A stretch of DNA of 53,563 bases. Source: Candidatus Thorarchaeota archaeon. Its GTDB lineage: Archaea; Asgardarchaeota; Thorarchaeia; Thorarchaeales; Thorarchaeaceae. The position numbers and the translations under genes were made by a program. The stretch's first letter is position 1. Every line of letters begins with the position of its first letter. Location: assembly GCA_048882045.1 (NCBI GenBank), contig JBHLRZ010000023.1, positions 1 through 53,563 on the forward strand, read 5' to 3'. This document shows positions 48,201-53,563 of the stretch, one piece after another. The notes under the pieces were generated by a model, which was not told the origin of the DNA, did not search any database, and worked only from the letters and a program-made list of their open reading frames with translations.

Positions 48201-49924
48201 ACCTAACTGAAATGGCTACGCCTGGATACTATACTGCATTAGTAAATACATCTGAATTGAGTGTCCAAGAGTGGCAAATCTTCATCAACAGTGAAACACC
48301 AGGTTACACTCCTTCACAGATTCAATTCACACTTAATGTTGAAGTGGTTGAAACTGAGATCGTACTTCTTACATCTGCCACTCTGAATGGATATTATGGT
48401 GACGAGGTGACCTTCCTACTCTTCTTCCGTGATACAATTTCGGATGTGGGAATTCCTGGGGCAATAACCAATTACACATTAGAGCAGTTCAAAGGGTCTC
48501 TGATTGACTTCAACAATGGAACATACTCTCTCACAGTGAATACTTCATTGGTCCTTGCTGGAAGTGTTCCTCACGACATTTCTATTTCGTTCCGAAAAGA
48601 CAACTACCGTTTTGCCTCAAGTCTAGTAAAGCTTCGAGTAGATCCAATTAGGACAGTTGTAGTCGGGGAGACAGCAACTGAGTTTGCTGTTTATGATGAC
48701 TATACAACCCTGTTTGGATTCTGGGATGACCTCAACAGCAGATGGATTACAGATGGGTTCGCCACAGCCACCTGGGATTTCGGAACAGTTCAATTAACAA
48801 ACCTCAACAATGGTTCCTATGCCTTTGGACCGACAGAGGCAGATTTAGCAACACCATTGCAAGATAGACCAGCACCATATTCGATCCGAATTACAATATC
48901 AAGGGGCAACTACTCTATTGGCGAAATTGAATACTTGCTAACGATACGTGAAATTGCTACAGATGTAACAGCATCAGTACTTCCTAGTCCAATCTTCGTT
49001 GGGCGACTATTCTTACTCAATTTCACATACTTGGATGTAGATCATGGTACTGCTATCGAAGATGCTGAGATCACTGTCATCTCTTCAAGCAATATCGCTA
49101 CAACTAGCTTGATTTGGGAAACCGAATACGATATTGATTACGGAAATGGTACATACACAATCGCTATCACTGCACCTGATCTTGCCTATTATAACCTCAA
49201 GATCATCTTCAGCAAGGTTGACTATCAGAGTTTTCAAGTTGAATTTGATATATACACTGATTTGACGCCAGAACAAGAACTACTTGTTGCTGGATTTCAA
49301 TTCAGTACAATCGCTTTACTTGCTGTAGCAGCCTTGGGTGCTCTATACTTCAGAGTACTCTCTGTTCCAAAACTACTGAGAATCATTAGACGGATGATTA
49401 ACGCGCTCTCGAAAGGTAGGATTCCTAAACCAGCTGATGTTCCACAGAGGAGATCGATGCTCCTCGCAATGATGAATGAAGACCTCCAACCAGTTGGAAT
49501 CCGAAAGTCTGTCGATGATGTAAGTCTGTCAACTGTAGACGTGACTGTCATGGATGTTGAAGAGCTACTGGAGGATTTGGCGGTTGTTGTTGGTCTGACA
49601 CCTGATGACATTGATACACTTCGTCAAGATCTTGATAAGATGCGACCAAGTGAGAGAGCGGGCTTTATCAATGAAGTCCTCAAACAGGAGAGGTCTCGAC
49701 GAGCCCGAGAGCTTGCTGAGGCAGAGCGCATTGTAGAGGAGGGCGTGCCTACTGCTGATGTAGAGGAACGTCTAACCGAAGAAGAACTTCTGCATCTAAA
49801 GGAGCGCTTACTAAAGATGGGTATCGAAGAAACAGAAGCCGATCTGATGATAGAACAGGCACGAAACCTGACTAAGGCTGAAATAGATGCACTTCTTGAT
49901 GAAATTGGAGGGATGGAAGAATGA
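42230..49924 (+). CDS. Giant (2564 aa) single-pass surface glycoprotein with tandem ~100-aa Ig-like repeats and helical acidic cytoplasmic tail
   Basis: Signal peptide; recurring TPYG....F.Y.D, G.Y.+.+.T..LG..G.Y, W.G.PYY.N; many sequons; TM IALLAVAALGALYF; about 190-aa charged tail. Confidence 0.85.
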   Translation: MKIKRNLSLFLVMASLILSFGSLGTQNNISSSSVSGSELVNLGDGQFIEVGPDEVLETYSLSDVPTTLEGEGSPLVVSEYGQRTDTHEDLELVYYTTNTTTTQTVSVPLGPLWEGTDMAFEITDLQENRTYLTNPGFDSTADWTLGTDDVGTHTNPMSSTITGGYVSFQMDGVYDGGYYRHDLGDRQYAQQTVNTARGDVTWVGVSLDYWVDDAWGGLPIGFWELYAQVGSADNVSNHLWHMQFSDVLAQQVWYSTGLIEANPSLITSDTFVLQIGSRTTRSFGSNPQLYPEVRMDNVRVFIKTRVQPSQVNLEMNGIPVANGATWSLGTVQESATVPWSGIAVNATFSWTPTPVNPDPNEDIRVSFSADMTVFARKVDQSSLFEADVLSPGTHYAVSNASQVDWITYYYIAVPNGYSDYFFFNVSKSDTLVIDTVSEPRFPGVNFPYWSTTATSLNISVYDGVVGTYQNGFWKITGHSANIIQDLRMSSGAAWDTTNTYRANENVRFRAYLDTIYNSATVNFKVYDTTGEIWSSLNAVVTSGIAETTDLNLSAYTAEVGHWTVQAFVNDSISGSPIENIGVYSRTFTIEHGSEMNIAYPRQSILTWERNLTYGQDMLLQIRVNDSDNGLLLPEGSATYNWTTGTYALNDMGTGEYSVVVNTADLGTPGRYVISITWSKQYYDPIQRYFVINVVEETTLQSSSAPGVQVPRGDNAILELFYADSQGFGIIDAALSCNWTDSSYSIDPVIGEPGNYTLSITTGNSNLGTYAVVVTAQQDYYTTSKVLLFVEVRQIFTSVSVSQNQLALPVGYEQTITLTYRDTDHDLPITGAESSISCNWSDYTVVESAPGEYDITFFSEETDPIQDYTIVFNVNRFAYQNHTFDITINIITHLTSFSLDNPIEPTPYTGQITIYVLYYDITTSSGIVGSDVLIYAEASGIPSLQFTVVNGSIAGQYIIRVRADQWGSIGRKDITIYANWTGPQPKHDNKVLQVSARVAGSPADLFIGTNPIATPYGEDITFSVVYWDISNSTGITNATGAYPFNVFFFIEVLTPGQTLIQDLMTITELGSGEYQISFDSSLLSGLIGCQLRIYANWTAGQLPLFENRTLAVTVYTRYRQTSVVWNPLPTTPYGENVNLTFSYVDVLTSLSIPDDAQLSYQVQESGLVLSSVYLSGSQEFVLTLDTTWWNNIGTYTFHLDVVWNGAPYYQNRTSIPISITIRNRFTNLDHGPYTSIQFGSDLVIVFTYRDLDDQSLLNTGVLTLDASLSGFYNVVNNGDGTFTVTLDTSAFGSLGTYTVNATMTYTGTNFGQDATDFFYLTLIERRTQLTSDVPSLAIFLEEAIIYVSYFDDSTLVGISGATVTATCPNTTLQLGVNYWVDSLPGGEYRIRISTVALGNFGQYTITISASRSGSPFYRSRMLDVSIDVVRRYATISVTRSPLTTPYLSDVQFQISAIDDVNSTRIPLTKSVLTITHGGGTQILDSEYTLSGSGGYYWISFNSTIITSILVNAYPITILFHWGDIAPYYENSTASTQVTITTRFTQAAVLSTPPAYYFFNISALIDFRDYLTGNGIAAADVSIGSVNSSSFTQWIIDNGDGTYQILVDTTSLSGLGRYFFKVNLTWYGSPYYTNVTNLSFSVVINSVSTTLSFALPQGVTYYLGDEIRANITYNAIEFGVGITGAEIWSDWNSTYPTIATINEIDMGIYEMIIQTSGMDAGLYSFMINASKYLHQNQSILADILLAAVPVQIELTFNPTNPFWGDSIDFTANVTDARTGAPVSGAYVNLTISSIDVDMIAGAPGIYTATVQSWQIIAGEHTVTVRSVLLNYESRQRDFQIRIDKIASKIAGSIDPLTTVNGLTLSLDVDYLILSNSSPIEVGLLTYSWIGGSGQLTWSIADGHYVVDFVVAGVPVGTHQILIQAKSDNFKSVSLQLTVEITELTSNLVAVSDFIITVSYGDFANITVYLNNTDLNSPVSGSFVHYGVGPVVGNLTEMATPGYYTALVNTSELSVQEWQIFINSETPGYTPSQIQFTLNVEVVETEIVLLTSATLNGYYGDEVTFLLFFRDTISDVGIPGAITNYTLEQFKGSLIDFNNGTYSLTVNTSLVLAGSVPHDISISFRKDNYRFASSLVKLRVDPIRTVVVGETATEFAVYDDYTTLFGFWDDLNSRWITDGFATATWDFGTVQLTNLNNGSYAFGPTEADLATPLQDRPAPYSIRITISRGNYSIGEIEYLLTIREIATDVTASVLPSPIFVGRLFLLNFTYLDVDHGTAIEDAEITVISSSNIATTSLIWETEYDIDYGNGTYTIAITAPDLAYYNLKIIFSKVDYQSFQVEFDIYTDLTPEQELLVAGFQFSTIALLAVAALGALYFRVLSVPKLLRIIRRMINALSKGRIPKPADVPQRRSMLLAMMNEDLQPVGIRKSVDDVSLSTVDVTVMDVEELLEDLAVVVGLTPDDIDTLRQDLDKMRPSERAGFINEVLKQERSRRARELAEAERIVEEGVPTADVEERLTEEELLHLKERLLKMGIEETEADLMIEQARNLTKAEIDALLDEIGGMEE

Positions 49925-52900
49925 ACTTCAAACACAGATTCTTAGTATTGATGCTTGTTACAGCGCTAATGATATTCAATACCCAAGCTATTGTTGATCC
50001 AGAATTCCCAATAAATCATTCAACCGTTATTCCAGATGTAGATTCTCCCTTCTCAATCCAAGATACTGCACCTGACTTTGTAAGTGCAGAACAAGGTTGG
50101 ACAATGTGGACAGGTCAGTCAGATGGACTTCCAGCTCAAGCATACGGAAACAGAACTGATATCTTCACGAACAATCAAATGCGGTACTTTTCAGGAAATG
50201 GAAGTACAAGCAGTACTTCGGTATCAGTACCTATGGACTCAACATGGGAGGGGCATGAGCTCGTTGTAGAACTCACAGACATCACAGAGAATCGAACTTG
50301 GGTTGAGGATCCGGATATGGAGAATAGTCCCACAACTTGGACCTTGAATACACAATCAGTGGGAGGTGGTACATATCCTCAAGCAAGGTGGGTGACTGAT
50401 GGTCACGGAGCTGGAGATGATTGCGTTGAGTTCGATATCGCTGGTGGTTCTGGTGACCCATCAGTGGGTGAACGTGCTTGGGCTGAACAGACATTGTCCA
50501 TCAGTCGTGGTGATGTGGTATGGGCTGGCTTCAGATTGGATTACTGGATCGAGTCAGACTGGGGAGCAGACGGATTTGTTGCCATATTCGTTTCCATTGA
50601 AACAAATGACTATACTCAACGTGTCTGGCAAAAATCCTTCCCAGATATAGATAATGAGATGGTTTGGTACGATAGTGGTCTTATCACTATACCTGATCTA
50701 TCCATTTTCGATCTGTCAGATGGTGTCTTGGTCACTGTTGGTCTATATAGTCAACAGGCTGTCAACTACATTCCAGACCTTGATCCCTATGCTCGTATTG
50801 ATAACTTTGAGCTATATCTCAAGACACAGACAGATCCAAGTGATCTCAATCTACAAATGAACGGACTTGATGTGAATGACTACATTCTCGGAGGTTCGTC
50901 AGTCCCTGGACTTGGCAATGTCACACAGATTCCATCGCCAACTTGGACAACTACTCCTGTTGATGTGGACTTTTCATGGACTCCAATTCCTTCAACACCT
51001 GATCCTAACCGAGAAGTTTGGGTCGAGTTTACTGTTGAAACCAATCTTTGCTCAAGAGGAGTTTCGACCACTGTAACAACACAGGATCCCGTATCACATG
51101 GAGAGAATTTTGAAGTGACAAATTCCTCTGTTGTTGCATACGAAACTTGGTTCTTTGCTGATATTCCTGACGGATACGACAACAGGTACTACTTCAATAT
51201 CTCACTGCCAGAAAATCGCGATGTTTACTATGTAGGCTCTCCATTGAGAACCGGTGTGAATATCTCAACATGGGATGAAGGACATGGTCCTGCTTGGTAT
51301 GCAAATGTCACTGCATATCCGTTTGCTGACAGATGGGGATATTGGTTCATCAAGAGCTATGGTGCCAATATGATTACTGACCTCTTGATGACTGATCCAG
51401 TAGGAGGAACAACTACTCAGACCATGGACCTTAGAGCTGCTGACTCTGCATACTTTGCAGTGAATGTTGGACCTCAATTCGCAGGCGTATCAGCGAACAT
51501 TACCGTGTTCTCGCCCTCTGGTGATAATTGGTTTACAGAAGTTGCTGTAGTAAATGGTACTGGTTATGCCAACACGCAATTACTAACGTTTGGAGTCAAT
51601 GCTTCTGCAGGTGAGTGGATTGTTCAGGCATTCTGTAGTAATAGTATTGGAGGATCAGACTGGAATAAGACTGGATTCTTCAGACGCTCATTCAATATTA
51701 TTCACTCTTCTGCTTCAACACTGCTGAATCCAGCGGATGCGGTTTCAACATGGATTACAAATGTAACATATCCAGACTTATTCTTGGTCCGAATTCGCAT
51801 CAACGACACTGATATCACAGGAACGACTGTTTCTGGTGGTCAGTTGAGTTATAACTGGACTACTGGTACTGAGTACTTTGGTGAAGCAGGCAATGGGGAG
51901 TATATCATAACACTAGATTCAGGTGATTTACCGCAGAAAGGTAGGTACATCATCAATCTTGAATGGACTCATCCTTACTACGATTCTGTACAGGATGTAC
52001 TCACAATTAACCTGAACTTTGATGCAGACCTATTGCTCGAAGCTCCTGACTCCCCAGGTCTTTCGATTCCTTCAGGTTATAATGGCTCGTTTAGAATTGG
52101 CTTTGAGGACTACCTTGGTGCGAGAATTGACACGGGTGTAGTAGATTGTAATTGGTCAAGCTATTACAGTGTTGCTCCGGTAGTAGGGTCTCCGGGAAGC
52201 TATCTGTTTTGGTTGAACACTACATTCACGCCAATGGGAGAATATGTATTAGAGATTACAGGAACTGCACCATATGTCCTACCTCAAACATATCTGCTCT
52301 ATGTTGAAGTCCGTGAATTGTACACAAGGGTGACTTACCTACAGAATGTAGTAAACATCCCAGTGGGTGAAGCCAAATCTTTGACATTTGAGTGGACAGA
52401 CGCAGACCATGATACACCTATAACAGGCATGAATGACTCAATTCTCTGTGATTGGTCAGGTTCCTACAGCATTATAGAAACTTCTCCCGGATTGTATGAA
52501 TTAACAATAATCACAACAGATGTTACACCTCTTGGGACATATCCTGTCCAAGTGTCTTTCTCAGGTTCAAAGATGCAGAACCATACAATCTCAATACAAG
52601 CGATTGTCAGATCTCATACAACATTATTCACTCTGGAAGACCCGGTACCGCAGACTCCTTACGGTGTGGATACATTCATCCTAGTCCGCTATCTCGATAC
52701 AGATCTGGGAGTTGGTATTGACAACAGCTCTGGATTTGTCCACATCATGGTTTCGACTCTTGATCTTCCAACTCTATCATATTCTGTAATTGACATAGGT
52801 TCGGGCAACTATAACATAACTGTTCCAACATCGCAATGGTCTACTATAGGATGGAAGAACTTCTCTGTTCAAATAAGTTGGACTGGGCCTGTTCAGAAGT

Positions 52901-53563
52901 TAAACTCAGGTTCATTGGATATCTCATTCAGATTAGTTGGTACACAGACAGACTTGTATCTGGAAACTGTACCTGTTGCCACATACTACCTTGACAACTT
53001 TACATTCTCAGCTGTGTACTATGATGTTGTAAATTCCACGTACATCTCCAATTCATCTGAAGCAGTTTCAATCTCGTTCACTCCAATCGGAGTCAATCCA
53101 GTGACTGGTGACGACTTCTATCTACAGATTGTGTTTGATGATCCAATGTGGTTGTATGAATTTCATTTGAATAGCACTCACTTGGGAGGAGTAGGATTAT
53201 TCGAGGTGGAAATTAGTTTCCATTGGAACAGCGGAGTGCTCCCTCTCTATGAGAATCAGACAATTACAGTGTTCCTGATGGTGTTAGAGCGACCCACATA
53301 TGTGGATTACACTCAGGTTCCACCAACTCCTTATGGTGAGGATGCCAACCTAGTCTTCACATTCGTTGACTCCCTTAGGACTGAGCGAATTTCCGACTCT
53401 CCATCCTTGACAGTCGGCATCAATGAGGGTGGTGTCAGCTGGTCGTATTCATTTGATTCCGGAACATCAGAATTCACAATCGTCATCGATACATCTAGTT
53501 TAGGTGGGGTTGGTCAGATTACACTACACCTTAATTTGACTTGGTCAGGTAATCCTTTCTATG
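49921..53563 (+). CDS. Giant surface glycoprotein, paralog of 42230-49924; partial (at least 1214 aa, runs off the window)
   Basis: ATG 49921 overlaps the upstream stop (ATGA). I saw no in-frame stop, which would explain its absence from the ORF track. Signal peptide MNFKHRFLVLMLVTALMIF; YGNRTD...SVPMDSTWEGHELVVELTDITENRTW matches YGQRTD...SVPLGPLWEGTDMAFEITDLQENRTY. Confidence 0.88.
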   Translation, partial: MNFKHRFLVLMLVTALMIFNTQAIVDPEFPINHSTVIPDVDSPFSIQDTAPDFVSAEQGWTMWTGQSDGLPAQAYGNRTDIFTNNQMRYFSGNGSTSSTSVSVPMDSTWEGHELVVELTDITENRTWVEDPDMENSPTTWTLNTQSVGGGTYPQARWVTDGHGAGDDCVEFDIAGGSGDPSVGERAWAEQTLSISRGDVVWAGFRLDYWIESDWGADGFVAIFVSIETNDYTQRVWQKSFPDIDNEMVWYDSGLITIPDLSIFDLSDGVLVTVGLYSQQAVNYIPDLDPYARIDNFELYLKTQTDPSDLNLQMNGLDVNDYILGGSSVPGLGNVTQIPSPTWTTTPVDVDFSWTPIPSTPDPNREVWVEFTVETNLCSRGVSTTVTTQDPVSHGENFEVTNSSVVAYETWFFADIPDGYDNRYYFNISLPENRDVYYVGSPLRTGVNISTWDEGHGPAWYANVTAYPFADRWGYWFIKSYGANMITDLLMTDPVGGTTTQTMDLRAADSAYFAVNVGPQFAGVSANITVFSPSGDNWFTEVAVVNGTGYANTQLLTFGVNASAGEWIVQAFCSNSIGGSDWNKTGFFRRSFNIIHSSASTLLNPADAVSTWITNVTYPDLFLVRIRINDTDITGTTVSGGQLSYNWTTGTEYFGEAGNGEYIITLDSGDLPQKGRYIINLEWTHPYYDSVQDVLTINLNFDADLLLEAPDSPGLSIPSGYNGSFRIGFEDYLGARIDTGVVDCNWSSYYSVAPVVGSPGSYLFWLNTTFTPMGEYVLEITGTAPYVLPQTYLLYVEVRELYTRVTYLQNVVNIPVGEAKSLTFEWTDADHDTPITGMNDSILCDWSGSYSIIETSPGLYELTIITTDVTPLGTYPVQVSFSGSKMQNHTISIQAIVRSHTTLFTLEDPVPQTPYGVDTFILVRYLDTDLGVGIDNSSGFVHIMVSTLDLPTLSYSVIDIGSGNYNITVPTSQWSTIGWKNFSVQISWTGPVQKLNSGSLDISFRLVGTQTDLYLETVPVATYYLDNFTFSAVYYDVVNSTYISNSSEAVSISFTPIGVNPVTGDDFYLQIVFDDPMWLYEFHLNSTHLGGVGLFEVEISFHWNSGVLPLYENQTITVFLMVLERPTYVDYTQVPPTPYGEDANLVFTFVDSLRTERISDSPSLTVGINEGGVSWSYSFDSGTSEFTIVIDTSSLGGVGQITLHLNLTWSGNPFY

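Noticed and set aside
1130-49935. Numerous short antisense or off-frame ORFs nested in long genes
   Set aside because: They lie within well-supported CDSs and show no motifs of their own.
50084-51477. Cluster of 60-100 aa ORFs near the window end
   Set aside because: Off-frame or antisense shadows of the giant ORF starting at 49921.

Overview
Gene-dense archaeal chromosomal segment with no recognisable rRNA, tRNA, CRISPR array, transposase or integrase. By inference it is from an Asgard archaeon, most likely Thorarchaeia: it has GGTGA-type ribosome-binding sites, TATA-like promoters, many sequon-rich single-pass surface proteins, longin/roadblock-like cytoplasmic domains and an LRR protein. 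Housekeeping content is amino-acid and central metabolism (saccharopine/lysine dehydrogenase, threonine dehydratase, SDR-type threonine dehydrogenase, a fold-type II PLP enzyme, PPDK, ADP-forming acyl-CoA synthetase alpha subunit). The best candidate for an undescribed system is the three-gene operon at 21277-28616. It encodes an exported prenyltransferase-repeat (alpha/alpha barrel) protein; a 1389-aa fusion of the same repeats to a 7TM_transglut-type membrane domain and a cytoplasmic alpha-L-glutamate-ligase-type ATP-grasp; and a membrane-anchored transglutaminase with an intact Cys-His-Asp triad. I infer a peptide ligation, export and cross-linking machine for the cell surface. The second candidate is an unannotated ~120-135 nt structured RNA on the minus strand at 39637-39773 with its own TATA box and U-tract. 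Other signals missing from the ORF track: a decayed copy of a gene 3' end at 31285-31409 that brackets an inserted surface-protein gene, an in-frame TGA splitting a membrane gene at 10381, a triple palindromic operator before an HTH gene, and a giant ORF of at least 1214 aa running off the window end. All family assignments come from motif recognition by eye; no searches were run.
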